A stretch of DNA of 64,000 bases from Candidatus Poribacteria bacterium (GTDB lineage: Bacteria > Poribacteria > WGA-4E > WGA-3G): NCBI GenBank assembly GCA_026710795.1, contig JAPOQK010000023.1, positions 1,525 to 65,524 of the forward strand. Reading direction: 5' to 3'. The notes beneath the pieces are model-generated. The model was not told where the DNA came from. It saw only the letters and a list, made by a program, of their open reading frames with translations, and did no database searches. The position numbers and the translations under genes are program-made. Shown here piece by piece: positions 1-10,923 of this stretch; the first letter of the stretch is position 1, and every line of letters begins with the position of its first letter.

Positions 1-295
1 CTATAATGAGCGTGCCTTCTGCTCGGTAACCTATTGACATATCTGTTTCTGTCTCTAACTCATTGACCCATTCTGGGTAGCGTGCTAAACTTTGATTGCT
101 GAGTTTGAGCAGGTCGAGTTCGTCAATATGTGCTTCCGCAATTGGACCGAGCATACCAGCGGCTGCCCAAGAAGCACCGCGTCCGGCTTGTCCGCGCTCA
201 TAAATGGTGACAGCGGCACCCGCTTTCGCCAGCTGCCACCCGATACCAAGTCCAATCACACCACCACCAATGATGATAATCTTCTTATTATTCAT
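1..295 (-). CDS. FAD-dependent oxidoreductase, N-terminal part only (glycine oxidase ThiO / D-amino-acid oxidase-like); 3' end runs off the window
   Basis: Reverse-complement of 1..295 translates MNNKKIIIIGGGVIGLGIGWQLAKAGAAVTIYERGQAGRGASWAAAGML..., a classic GxGxxG FAD-binding N-terminus of the DAO family. ATG at 295..293. The + strand ORF 92..316 in the track is antisense to this. Confidence 0.6.
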   Translation of the reverse strand, partial: MNNKKIIIIGGGVIGLGIGWQLAKAGAAVTIYERGQAGRGASWAAAGMLGPIAEAHIDELDLLKLSNQSLARYPEWVNELETETDMSIGYRAEGTLII

Positions 296-523
296 TATCC
301 ACCTCTTCTAACCTAAGTTACCACCTATAAAGTTTTTGATCCATAGGATTTGATCTATAATTTTATTATCGGAAGGTAGAATTTTCCGACACTATGTATA
401 AATAGTAGACAACATTTCATGACAAAAGTCAACTGTTTTGGAATATGGTTAAAATAAAAAAAGTCATTATATCACAACCTAAAGACTTGATTCTATGTGC
501 TACGGGAGGGTAATCACGAAAAC

Positions 524-3500
524 TTAAAATGTACTACCTATCCGAAAATAAAACGGAACTGTGAACACGTCGTCTAATGTGATAAGAGGAACTGCGTAAT
601 CTACTCCAAAAATTAATGGACCGAAGTTTAATCGTAATCCCATACCAACTGAAGACGGTATCCATTTGTACTCAATATCTCCTACGGAATCCCATACATT
701 ACCTGTATCAAAGAAGAGAACTCCATGAAATGGATTATAAATTGGAAAACGCATTTCGGTATTAAAAATGAATTGGACATTTCCACGATGTTTACCAGTA
801 CTATCTTCAGGACCGAGTCCTCTCTCCTCATATCCTCTCACTGTCGTACTACCACCTGCCCAGAATCTTTCAAAGGATATTAACTCTGCTTCATCGTTAT
901 TGTTTAATTGTAAACCGGGTGTATAACCGAACCGCAAGGCATTGGATAATACAAAGCCACGCACAGGTAATTGTCTATGATATTCTGTGTCTGATACAAA
1001 TTTTATAAATCCGCTTTCCCCACCTAAAACCCCACCAGCATATTCAACTGATACTTCGTTAAGCATGCCAGATATAGGGTTTATAGAAGGTATGCGATTA
1101 TCTTGTCTCCATAAGAAACTTAGACTACTAACTGTCGTAGATGGGTTCGATATCAACGGAATTACAGACGAAACTTTCTCAGTTGTATCCTTTAGATACC
1201 GATAGTTGTATTGCAGATTCAAACGGTGCGAACCAAGTAACTTTCTACTCAAAGTAAAACTACCTTGTAAAGCTCTGACATCGTCATCTTCTTCCAATTT
1301 GCGCCCCAGAAATTGTAAACTTCCACTTGTTCTGCCTATCAACCAAGGTTCAGTAAGTGTCGTATCATATATATATCCGCGCGTCCCCCATCTGCCACGC
1401 AAGTGAAATCGAATATTACGTTTGAATAGATTGAAATGACTAAATGCAATTGTACCACGTGGTCCATGAGACGTGCTATATCCAACACTGGCACCGTAGG
1501 TTCTTGGTAAGCGTTTCTGAAGTCGTATTGTGACATCGTTGACTTTCGGTTCAGGGAATGCCTCAACAACTTTATCATTATCACTTATGTTTACGGTATT
1601 ATTTACTTCACTTGTTGGAAAGTCGAACTTGGTTTGGATACCTGGTTCAAAAACTCTTGTGTTGTAAAGATTTTCGACAACAAGATCCAACTTTTCTGTC
1701 GTAAAAAGAGTTCCAGGTAAATTTGCAACTTCGCGATATAGAACCCTTGGAATAACTCCTGTGTCACCTGCAAAATTAAACTTCCCAAAGATAATCTGGT
1801 CACCTTCAACAATATCATATTGAAGAACACCATGTTCATAAACCGAAAGATGTTCCTTTTCTTGATCCAGTGTATAACGAGCGTTACCATCTACATCTTG
1901 GATACTCCATTCAGAACCAATACTTGTCAATGTACCTGAAAGTGAAAGACTGTGTTCACTAAATGCATCTCTCAATTTTTTAGGCAATGTGCCAGAATTA
2001 AGATTTCCTGAATAATCTCCTGAAATCTGAAAAACTGGGGTATCCACTTTATGTAAATATTCTGTTTTTTCTACTTTCGCATAGATATACCCTCGTTCCT
2101 GATATGCTTTTAATATGGCGTTTTCATACTTTTTCTGAACAAGACTGGCATTTGGTTCTGGTGGTTTACTTGGTAATGCATTGTAGAGAGTTACGTCATT
2201 AAGCACCCTGTTTCCCAGAAATTGACATCGGTTAATCATCTCTTTTGTAGGTTCAAAAATAAAGAGATTAATTGAGACTTCACCATCACGCTGTTTATTG
2301 TCGTTATGTTTAATTATTTTTGATGTTATTTCTACATTTCTATATCCTGCCTTTTCATACAAAATCTCTAATCTGTTAATATCCCTTTCAAGCGCAATGT
2401 TGGAAAAATAACGTTTTCTTATATGTCTTGAGAAGAAATTAACCGGCTTGGATTCCATTTCGCGAAGCAATTCTTTGTCGGAAAATGCCTCATTCCCTTC
2501 GAATTCTAATGTTGACACAAAATATCGGATACCATGTTTGACAGTAAATTCTATATGGAGAGGAGAATTCGTTAATGTCCTCGATTTTACTTGTGTTCCG
2601 TGATATCCCTTTGCCTCAAAATGAGTTCTAATTATATCTACCCAACGTGATCTATCGTTGATTAATTGTTCTATTTTTTCTCTCAACTGGTCTCTTTCTG
2701 GTACTACGGTTTCAATATCCAATATTGACAAAAACTGACGAAGAAAGGACTCATTTAGTATTGGTTTACCATTCTCATCCACAAAATCAAGTAAGAGTTG
2801 TTTACCTTCAATAATTTCGTATATCAATACACCACTATTGTGTTTAAAGGAAGACTTTATCACTGTACTTGGATAATACTTTTTTCTATATAGTTCTTGG
2901 ATTGATCTTATGTCTTCATTTACTGTAGATTTCCTATAAATCTGATCTACATTGAGATAACATACTTCCTTAATGTGTTCTGTGAATATCGATGAATTGC
3001 CAATAATTATAAATTCAGTAACATAAGTTGGTTGACCTATTTTAATTTGGTATGTGATGTTCCCTTTTTCAGGTATAGTATCTATTTCTACACTGACATC
3101 AAAATAACCGTTATCTGCACATATTGCTTTGATTGTATTAACATCATCATTAGCAATATACGGTATATATTTATTTCCTGCTTTTAATCTAATTGATGAA
3201 TCAATTACACGTCGAAGTTCATCTGAAACGTCCCCTACAATATTGACTTTTTGTATGTGCATCATCTTGGCTAATTCATATTTTAAAATAACACCTTCTG
3301 GAACAAAGGTAGTGTAAACATCAATTTGCGCATAGGTCTGTTCTGAATAGATAGAGGTAACGCTTTGCTGAACAGCATTCCGAGAAAACGGTGAACCTAT
3401 AGATATTTGAGTCAGTCTTAACAGTTTGCTGAGTAACTCTGTCTCTGTAACAGGAATTGCATCAATTACAAAATCAATCTTTACAATTGCATTCTGTTGA

Positions 3501-3661
3501 GAAGTTTCTATATTTGATTGATTGGAATTATTATCGTTGCAAAGGGCAGGAATTGTGTTTTGGTAAAAGAGGATAATACATAAAACAACAATTGGAATAC
3601 GACTCACAATACTAACAACAAAATTGGATTTCTGAGTATGTTTTTTTCCATGATTACACAT
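524..3661 (-). CDS. bamA: Outer membrane protein assembly factor BamA (Omp85 family), 1045 aa
   Basis: N-terminal signal/TM, long POTRA-like region, C-terminal beta-barrel with aromatic-rich terminal motif (...FYFRIGSTF) typical of Omp85. Sits directly downstream of the tamB-like gene. Confidence 0.8.
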   Translation of the reverse strand: MCNHGKKHTQKSNFVVSIVSRIPIVVLCIILFYQNTIPALCNDNNSNQSNIETSQQNAIVKIDFVIDAIPVTETELLSKLLRLTQISIGSPFSRNAVQQSVTSIYSEQTYAQIDVYTTFVPEGVILKYELAKMMHIQKVNIVGDVSDELRRVIDSSIRLKAGNKYIPYIANDDVNTIKAICADNGYFDVSVEIDTIPEKGNITYQIKIGQPTYVTEFIIIGNSSIFTEHIKEVCYLNVDQIYRKSTVNEDIRSIQELYRKKYYPSTVIKSSFKHNSGVLIYEIIEGKQLLLDFVDENGKPILNESFLRQFLSILDIETVVPERDQLREKIEQLINDRSRWVDIIRTHFEAKGYHGTQVKSRTLTNSPLHIEFTVKHGIRYFVSTLEFEGNEAFSDKELLREMESKPVNFFSRHIRKRYFSNIALERDINRLEILYEKAGYRNVEITSKIIKHNDNKQRDGEVSINLFIFEPTKEMINRCQFLGNRVLNDVTLYNALPSKPPEPNASLVQKKYENAILKAYQERGYIYAKVEKTEYLHKVDTPVFQISGDYSGNLNSGTLPKKLRDAFSEHSLSLSGTLTSIGSEWSIQDVDGNARYTLDQEKEHLSVYEHGVLQYDIVEGDQIIFGKFNFAGDTGVIPRVLYREVANLPGTLFTTEKLDLVVENLYNTRVFEPGIQTKFDFPTSEVNNTVNISDNDKVVEAFPEPKVNDVTIRLQKRLPRTYGASVGYSTSHGPRGTIAFSHFNLFKRNIRFHLRGRWGTRGYIYDTTLTEPWLIGRTSGSLQFLGRKLEEDDDVRALQGSFTLSRKLLGSHRLNLQYNYRYLKDTTEKVSSVIPLISNPSTTVSSLSFLWRQDNRIPSINPISGMLNEVSVEYAGGVLGGESGFIKFVSDTEYHRQLPVRGFVLSNALRFGYTPGLQLNNNDEAELISFERFWAGGSTTVRGYEERGLGPEDSTGKHRGNVQFIFNTEMRFPIYNPFHGVLFFDTGNVWDSVGDIEYKWIPSSVGMGLRLNFGPLIFGVDYAVPLITLDDVFTVPFYFRIGSTF

Positions 3662-3663
3662 TA

Positions 3664-6600
3664 TCAGAAACGCCGCTCCAATAGTTGGATGTCCACTCCA
3701 AAGTCACCCTTTTCATCACCTTCGACTTTGATTGACATATTATTAGGTAACGGATAGATAGCAATAATGTGGCGTTCCTCAGGATCAAAACCAGATGAGA
3801 CAGTGAAAGTGATTCCACCAATTGATCTTGATATCGAATTACCCGGTAATAGAAGTGCCAGTACTTCCGCTTCAGTAAGTGTTTCTGCTGTTGAAGAATT
3901 GAGTAACTCAGATATGTATGTAGGTTTATTATTCTGTAATGTACCCGTAATTGTTAACCTAACATTTACATCTGTTGTGCCTCCATCTTCAAGTAGAACA
4001 CCACGAATAGGATTTGGAAGTCTTAGTATAATATTTAAATCAGGATTAAATTCACGTGGGTTATGATTACGGATACTTGATCCTGGGACAATTTCGAAAA
4101 TCTGTGTGACAGTACTGATCCTTCCTTCAAGGAGGTATATATCCCCAACAAATATTGGTTCTTGAATCAGTCCTGTCAGACGTCCACTACCATTAATTTT
4201 AATGACGGTAGATCCACCAAGAGAGGATATGAATCTAATATTGTCTGGAATTTCAATACCAACATCTAACTGAAGGTTATTCAATATAGTATTACCAACT
4301 GCAAGTTCTACCTGACTTACAGTCGCACCACTAAACCACTCTTGTACGCTTTCCCAATTTTGTTCGTAATCACCCGAATGAATGATTATATCACCACTTA
4401 TGGTTAGATTAGACTGAATCGATTCATCTAAATTTCCATACAAGTGCAGATTATTGTCACCTGTACTGAGTGTTGCATTGTATTGACCGGGTTCAACAAA
4501 ACTGCAATTATCCATACTAACATTTAGATCCAAATAATTGAAACTAAACCAGTCAGAGTGAAGATATCCTGATGCGAAAAAATTACCATCGTTTAATTCA
4601 CCAAATATTGACACAATTTGCAGTTGGGATTCCGTTAATTCAATCTGAACATCTGTTTCACTTATGGAAATAGGAGAACCTTTAATTGAGAAAGATAATG
4701 CGTTGAATTCACCAATACCTGTAAGTTGTGGTTCATCAAGCGTTCCAAATATAGTGGCTGTGACCGAACCATCTCCCTGAACAGATTCAAATGTCGGTTC
4801 AATATCTGACAACATTCCTAACTCGTCCATCGTCAATGTACACTTGACTTCCATCGGGTCCATAACCGGTTCGACTTGCATATTAGAGAAAGAAATCAGA
4901 TAAGGAATATATCCTGAACAGGTAAGTTGATTTCCACCAGATTTTAGAAGTAAAGGGTTACTTTCCTCAATTAACCACTGTTTGGATCCACTGTTATAGT
5001 TGATTGCTCCATTGAATTCATCAATTTTTGCTTGATTAAGAGATAAGTTATCCCCTTCAAAACTAACAGTTATATTAGGTTCTGCATAAGTTCCTGTAAT
5101 ATTTATACCAGTTGATACTAAACCCCTTAGTTTATACGTATCAAGATTAGCTTCTGAAAAAAGCGGATCACAAATTGAAAGATCGAAATTGGTTAGTTTA
5201 AAGTTGAGTAGCATTTTTCCGCGCATATTCCATCTACCATAACTGCTGATTACCATTGGCAATATCGATTCATCTGCCTTGTTTGCGACTGTATTTTGTA
5301 GTTTTAGTTCAGAAACTGTGAATTCACCATTATTCAAATTTATCGGTATTGATGAAGGATTGACAAATCTGAAAAGTTGACCTAATGCAGTAAAACCACA
5401 GGAAAAATTATCAATCCTTAAATCAGCATAAGAATTCTGGCTAACAGCATCAAAGGTTAGTAATTTACTTATTTTAGGTAAAGGTATTCTGTCCCCATTT
5501 TCAAAAAAACTCTCAAACGGTATTATCAACTTCTCCAGAGTCGCGTTCACCGTTCCCTCTATATCCTGTATCAAATTACTTGATATATTCTGCTGTAATA
5601 ATGAACCAAGGGGGTATTCCTTTAATTTTAGACCATTTATCTCTAATCTTTTTGGTGTTAATCCATCCAATATTAACTGACTATGTTGGAATGGTAGAAG
5701 ACTTACCTCTCCTTCATCCAAATCAAATTGAAACTCGGTTAACTCAATAACGTCTTCTCCATTATTATGTTTACCAGCCTGAATTTGAATGATAACATTC
5801 TTAAATATTTGAGGTATATTTTTGTTACGAAGATGGGGGGCATGTACATATACATTTCCCTGTAAATGGAGCTTGGGCAAAGTGCCTGTTAATGCCAAAT
5901 TAATATCAGATACACCTTCAACTTCGGAAATTACATTATTAAGCCAAGGGAAAAAAGTGAGTGGTAATTCATTTCCACTGAGTGTGATATTTGTCGGCAC
6001 ATCTATGAATCTCTCAACAAACTTTTTATCCGATAAGGTCATATCAAATGGGATTATACCTGCAAGAGTCAGATCATTTTCATTGTCGGTTAGTTTTATT
6101 TCAAGTTTAATCTGCTTTTCTGTATATTGTATATTGCTATGCAACTCCAAAGGCATATCTATTTCATTCTGTTGTGAATGTTTTATTTTACCTTGTTGTA
6201 GGACCTCTACGGTTGGAGAGGTTAGGGTTCCACCAATTCGAGCGTCTACTGCAGTTTCAATTATTGGAGAAGTAATTTGGATAGGAAAATGGGAATTTAC
6301 ATTATTATTCTCTAAATTGAAGTCAATTCTTGAGTTATTGAATATATGAAAATCTTGAGTGTACAAATCCATTTCATCTATCTTACATTTAGCTGAAATA
6401 AGTTCAGACTTAATTCCTTTACCTTTTAAAGTAACAGACCCACCCAATGTACCTGTTAGAAAGGATTGGTCTTGACTGATAAATCTGACAAAATCATCTA
6501 CCTTCAATTTCTGAAAAGATACATCAAAATCATACATAATATCATCTCTTTCTTGAGTAGAAATTGATGTCTCACCAGTAATCTGGACACTTCCTTGACC

Positions 6601-9600
6601 AATATTTCCATTGATAACTAATTCCTGTATATTTACAGAATTCTTATTGATAGTAGTAAGAGCTTGGAATTGTTTCAATGTAATCGGTTCAGTCAACATA
6701 CCCAACTTTATGGGATAATTATCAATCGTATGAGCATTGAGATTAATGTTAGTTTCAAGAAAACTACCATTCAAGTTCACTGTTACATCCTGAACACCTT
6801 GAAGGAAAGTTGTATCTCCCAACATAAATTGGTCCAATGCATCTTCAGATAGAGCGTTTTTTACAATATTTGAAAACTGTGCCAAATCAAGATAATCGGA
6901 TATTATATCTATGTTTAGTCTTGACCTATAAAGGTCATTTTGATTGACAGAAACAGTACCACCTACCTGTACAGAATTATCCATTAAATTCAATTTAAAT
7001 GGTTTTATTGACAGAACGTGATTTTGATATGTCAATTGTCCATTTGTATTACTAAAACTAATATCCCCCAATTTAGTATCAACAACTAACGATGGTATTC
7101 TCCAACCTAATTCTACATTAGGATCACTTATCGTACCTGTCCATTTTAATTGATAATAACCACTTCCGGAAATTGGTATATCAAACACTTCACCTAAATG
7201 TGCAAGAACAATATTGTCATCTGAATTTGCTGAGATATCTACCTTCTCATTTTTCAAATTCAAACTACCGTTGAGATTAACGAATGACGTTTTTTCTCCA
7301 ACTACGGTCAGTGAACTATCAGCAATCGTAAGGATGTCATTCTCTAACAACATAAATATAGGCTTTGGATTTGTAAAGTTGACGGTTTTATACTGTAGTT
7401 GAGTATTGTTTATAGTTATTTCAACATCATAAGGATGAATAGGTTTATTGTTAGGATCCACAGAATTTGGCGTTAAATCAGTAAGTGTTCCTTCAACTTT
7501 AACGTTACCATCTGCGGAACCAGAAATGGTTTCAAGCCTTTTATCAAAAATACGGAGAATAGGTGTAACTGATATTCCATCACACTGCAATGTGAATTGA
7601 TAAGGATTATCTTTGATGTTGAAGATTTTTCCGTCAATCCTACCTGTGCCTTCAAATGCTTCACCTGTAAATTTAAAATAATCCAATTCTTCAGTATGTT
7701 TATTTCCCTCTACGAGGGTAGCAAACATAGTAGCATCACCGAGAGGATTTCCATCAAATGTCAAGTCAGAAAAGTCAAAGTCGACTTTAAAAACAAAATC
7801 TTCATTCAATTTCTGATACGAATCAACATGGATATCCAATTTTCCATCAAGCGGAAAGTCAGTTATGTCAGCAGCAAGGGCAACTTCTGCTAATCGAATA
7901 GGTTTGCCAACTTCATTCTTAAGACTAAAATTGAATGCCCCCTCATTCGTAACATGAGCATTAAAAATAACCAGTTGATTCCGTGTAGTAATTTCAAAAT
8001 TTGGAATAGTCAGGGAATAGTCGTCTATTTCAAGAGACATCATCACTGGATCTATATTTATCTCCCATGCATTACCAGATTCAATTGAAAATAGACCTTT
8101 ACCGTCGAGATGATCAATAAGGAACCCATATAAATTTAGTTCACCATTTATCACACCTTGTATAGGAAGTTCTTGCTGAAAAAAGAGTCTATTATAGTCA
8201 GAATCCAGAACAAGTGGGTCTGAAACTATGTTAAATGTTGCGGGTAGTTTATCCGCTAATTTGACATTCCCTTCAATAGAAACCTTTGTTTCTCCAACTT
8301 CACCTTTTTTAACAAGATGTGCATTTTCTATATATACAATTTTATCTGAATACCGAAAATACCCTGTTAATACGCCAAGTGAGATTGGTGTCATAAAGTC
8401 ACCATAAGAAGTTTCAGGGATTTCAACATATCCAGTAGCAGTCCAATCTTTCTTGATCTGTGCGGTAATACTTCCTATTCCTACGAAGGGAACAGTGTTT
8501 ACAATATCGCATATTTTGCCAAAATCAAAATTGTCTATTCTTAATTCAACCTGTTCCAATGAACCATTCATTTCAACAATTGCATCATCCAACATGCCAT
8601 TTACAGTTATTGTTGATCCTATGTTCTCTTCCAAATTAATGTTACAATTCAGAGATGAATCTTTCAATAAAACAGGTTCTGTCTGTCCATTTGCCTGTAA
8701 AGATGATTCTGATAGTTCAATATTACTTTCCAGATGAAATTCTCCTTCTGCGCCACCATTAATCTGTGCTGTTCCGTTCAATATGCCAGATTTAACCTGC
8801 GGTGCATCTTTAGGAATTTCTACTAACATTGATAAAAGAGAATTGAGTTCCATATCTGAAATTTGTAAATTACTTTCATATTTGATCGGATATTTGAAGA
8901 ATTGCTGTAGTCTATCAAAAAGATTACCTTGTATGCTACTATCTAATAAGACTTTTCCATTACCAGACAATGTGCCACCAGCGATATGCATATTGATTTT
9001 TTCTAAAATTACATTCGGTTCACTGTCTAAATTCAAAATAGTATTGATATTTAAATCAGTTATTTCAATCTTCCTTGATTTAAACTCAGAATTATCTGTT
9101 GATGCACCTATGTTGTGTTGGACAGTCAGTGCTTCTGAAGTGACGGTTAGATTACCTTGTAAAGTAGAATCTGTTCCGCTAAAATCCAATGTTACCTTAC
9201 CTACACCTGCAAGTTGAGTTTGTTCATCCAAAAAATATTGCACATCTGCGGCATCAAATGTTATTTGTAAACCTGCATTCCACAGTCCAGTACTCCAGTT
9301 TCTTTTATATTGATTAACAACTATTAAGGAGTTTCCAATTTGTAATTGAAGTGGTTGAAGTTCCTCACTATTCGTAGCTAGTGCAAACTTCACACCATGA
9401 ATCCGTTCAATTGGCATCTCCACACCATTAAGTGTGATGTTACCTTTACCTATAGAGAAACTACCTGAATGATCCCATTTATCTAACTTACCACTTAACT
9501 TAACCTCTATTTCTGGAATACTCACTTCAAATTGCTTTTCCTTATCAACAAAGTATATCTCACCACCATTGACTTTAAAGTTGGATATTGCAAACGCGAA

Positions 9601-10038
9601 ATCATTATCAGATTCTGTTGCAGAATCTGATTCAGGTTTCTGTAACAAATGCATTAGGTTTACCTGTCCATCCGACTGACGAACAACGACAACTTTTGGA
9701 CCTTCAATTTCAAACTCAGTAACAAGGAATTTGCGTCTAAGTAAACCAAGAATGTTGTATCTAAGAATTATCTGTTCTGTTGAGAGGATAGGTAGTTCTG
9801 TGGATTTTGTATCTACTATAGAAAAGTCATCAACGACAACACCTGTGAGGACATTTCCCCGCAATTTTTGTATTTTTACTTCATAATCTTCGTTAATTTG
9901 GTCTTCTAATGCTGTTATTAGACGTTCTCTGATATAATTTTCAAGAAAATAATCTGAACTTATAAAAAAATATCCTCCAATTCCACATAGCAAAATGAAG
10001 AGTGATATTGAAATAAACAGGATTTTGCGTCGTGTCAT
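3664..10038 (-). CDS. Giant TamB/AsmA-family translocation-and-assembly-module protein (2124 aa) with N-terminal membrane anchor
   Basis: N-terminal TM helix (ILFISISLFILLCGIGGYFFI), very long beta-rich repetitive body, C-terminal DUF490-like region. Stop is 2 nt before bamA, so the two are probably co-transcribed. Confidence 0.65.
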   Translation of the reverse strand: MTRRKILFISISLFILLCGIGGYFFISSDYFLENYIRERLITALEDQINEDYEVKIQKLRGNVLTGVVVDDFSIVDTKSTELPILSTEQIILRYNILGLLRRKFLVTEFEIEGPKVVVVRQSDGQVNLMHLLQKPESDSATESDNDFAFAISNFKVNGGEIYFVDKEKQFEVSIPEIEVKLSGKLDKWDHSGSFSIGKGNITLNGVEMPIERIHGVKFALATNSEELQPLQLQIGNSLIVVNQYKRNWSTGLWNAGLQITFDAADVQYFLDEQTQLAGVGKVTLDFSGTDSTLQGNLTVTSEALTVQHNIGASTDNSEFKSRKIEITDLNINTILNLDSEPNVILEKINMHIAGGTLSGNGKVLLDSSIQGNLFDRLQQFFKYPIKYESNLQISDMELNSLLSMLVEIPKDAPQVKSGILNGTAQINGGAEGEFHLESNIELSESSLQANGQTEPVLLKDSSLNCNINLEENIGSTITVNGMLDDAIVEMNGSLEQVELRIDNFDFGKICDIVNTVPFVGIGSITAQIKKDWTATGYVEIPETSYGDFMTPISLGVLTGYFRYSDKIVYIENAHLVKKGEVGETKVSIEGNVKLADKLPATFNIVSDPLVLDSDYNRLFFQQELPIQGVINGELNLYGFLIDHLDGKGLFSIESGNAWEINIDPVMMSLEIDDYSLTIPNFEITTRNQLVIFNAHVTNEGAFNFSLKNEVGKPIRLAEVALAADITDFPLDGKLDIHVDSYQKLNEDFVFKVDFDFSDLTFDGNPLGDATMFATLVEGNKHTEELDYFKFTGEAFEGTGRIDGKIFNIKDNPYQFTLQCDGISVTPILRIFDKRLETISGSADGNVKVEGTLTDLTPNSVDPNNKPIHPYDVEITINNTQLQYKTVNFTNPKPIFMLLENDILTIADSSLTVVGEKTSFVNLNGSLNLKNEKVDISANSDDNIVLAHLGEVFDIPISGSGYYQLKWTGTISDPNVELGWRIPSLVVDTKLGDISFSNTNGQLTYQNHVLSIKPFKLNLMDNSVQVGGTVSVNQNDLYRSRLNIDIISDYLDLAQFSNIVKNALSEDALDQFMLGDTTFLQGVQDVTVNLNGSFLETNINLNAHTIDNYPIKLGMLTEPITLKQFQALTTINKNSVNIQELVINGNIGQGSVQITGETSISTQERDDIMYDFDVSFQKLKVDDFVRFISQDQSFLTGTLGGSVTLKGKGIKSELISAKCKIDEMDLYTQDFHIFNNSRIDFNLENNNVNSHFPIQITSPIIETAVDARIGGTLTSPTVEVLQQGKIKHSQQNEIDMPLELHSNIQYTEKQIKLEIKLTDNENDLTLAGIIPFDMTLSDKKFVERFIDVPTNITLSGNELPLTFFPWLNNVISEVEGVSDINLALTGTLPKLHLQGNVYVHAPHLRNKNIPQIFKNVIIQIQAGKHNNGEDVIELTEFQFDLDEGEVSLLPFQHSQLILDGLTPKRLEINGLKLKEYPLGSLLQQNISSNLIQDIEGTVNATLEKLIIPFESFFENGDRIPLPKISKLLTFDAVSQNSYADLRIDNFSCGFTALGQLFRFVNPSSIPINLNNGEFTVSELKLQNTVANKADESILPMVISSYGRWNMRGKMLLNFKLTNFDLSICDPLFSEANLDTYKLRGLVSTGINITGTYAEPNITVSFEGDNLSLNQAKIDEFNGAINYNSGSKQWLIEESNPLLLKSGGNQLTCSGYIPYLISFSNMQVEPVMDPMEVKCTLTMDELGMLSDIEPTFESVQGDGSVTATIFGTLDEPQLTGIGEFNALSFSIKGSPISISETDVQIELTESQLQIVSIFGELNDGNFFASGYLHSDWFSFNYLDLNVSMDNCSFVEPGQYNATLSTGDNNLHLYGNLDESIQSNLTISGDIIIHSGDYEQNWESVQEWFSGATVSQVELAVGNTILNNLQLDVGIEIPDNIRFISSLGGSTVIKINGSGRLTGLIQEPIFVGDIYLLEGRISTVTQIFEIVPGSSIRNHNPREFNPDLNIILRLPNPIRGVLLEDGGTTDVNVRLTITGTLQNNKPTYISELLNSSTAETLTEAEVLALLLPGNSISRSIGGITFTVSSGFDPEERHIIAIYPLPNNMSIKVEGDEKGDFGVDIQLLERRF

Positions 10039-10064
10039 CGTATCATATCCGTTTTGTCTGAAAC

Positions 10065-10886
10065 TTATGAATAAAATTCGTGATGAGCTAAATTAACTAT
10101 ATCGTTAATGAAATCGGTTTCTCTTAGTGGTAGGATAGATTCAATTTCAGATTGTGTTTTATCTGTATGTTGAAGCCAAAGCAGATATTCAATATTTCCA
10201 ATGTCTTGATATACTGGTGAAAATGTCAACCCCAAGGCAATTGTAGAGCAGTTTTCATAAGCAAAATCAATTAGATTATTCAATATTTGCTTATGGATAT
10301 CTGGATCATCAACAATTCCACCTTTTTTTATGTTAGTACGACCTGCCTCAAACTGCGGTTTAACTAATGCGATTACTTCCGATACCTGCAACTTTTCTAT
10401 GACCACAGGTAATATTTTGCATAAGGAGATGAAAGAGACATCAATAACTGCAATATCAAGTGGGTGAGAGAACAACTGTTTGTCAATATAACGAATATTT
10501 GTCCTGTCAATGACTTTCACACGTGGACTATTACGTAACTTCCATGCAATTTGACCATAACCCACATCAACAGCATAAATAAAACCAGCACCATGTTGCA
10601 GCAAACAATCAGTAAAACCACCAGTCGATGCACCAACATCAATCGCGACTCTATTCTGAATAATAATATTAAAGGTATTAATAGCCTTTTCCAGTTTCAA
10701 TCCACCACGACTGACATATTTGGGTGGCAGTTCTATCTCAATTTCAGAGTCAAGCGAGATACGTTGTCCCGGTTTAAGTTGTGAATTATTGTTTACTTTG
10801 ACTGATCCTGCTAAAATTAGTCGTTTTGCTTGTTGACGACTTTCAACTAAACCTTGTTGTACTAAAACTACATCTAACCTTTCCAT
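10065..10886 (-). CDS. tlyA: TlyA-family rRNA 2'-O-methyltransferase (hemolysin A-like), S4 domain + FtsJ-like MTase
   Basis: N-terminal S4 RNA-binding motif (RLDVVLVQQGLVESRQQAKRLILAGSVKVN) and SAM MTase motif (AIDVGASTGGFTDCLLQHGA). Confidence 0.85.
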   Translation of the reverse strand: MERLDVVLVQQGLVESRQQAKRLILAGSVKVNNNSQLKPGQRISLDSEIEIELPPKYVSRGGLKLEKAINTFNIIIQNRVAIDVGASTGGFTDCLLQHGAGFIYAVDVGYGQIAWKLRNSPRVKVIDRTNIRYIDKQLFSHPLDIAVIDVSFISLCKILPVVIEKLQVSEVIALVKPQFEAGRTNIKKGGIVDDPDIHKQILNNLIDFAYENCSTIALGLTFSPVYQDIGNIEYLLWLQHTDKTQSEIESILPLRETDFINDIVNLAHHEFYS

Positions 10887-10923
10887 CTTAATCTATTGCA
10901 TGAGTATAATTCATAAGACATAT

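Noticed and set aside
92-316. 74-aa + strand ORF at the window start
   Set aside because: It is antisense to a much better-supported partial FAD-oxidoreductase gene (1..295, - strand, GxGxxG N-terminus), and the translation has no recognisable features.
3767-9217. Multiple 60-175-aa + strand ORFs inside the tamB-like gene (e.g. 5822..6349, 8783..9217)
   Set aside because: They are antisense to a continuous 2124-aa ORF with coherent domain structure, and have low-complexity S/T/C-rich translations typical of antisense frames of AT-rich genes.
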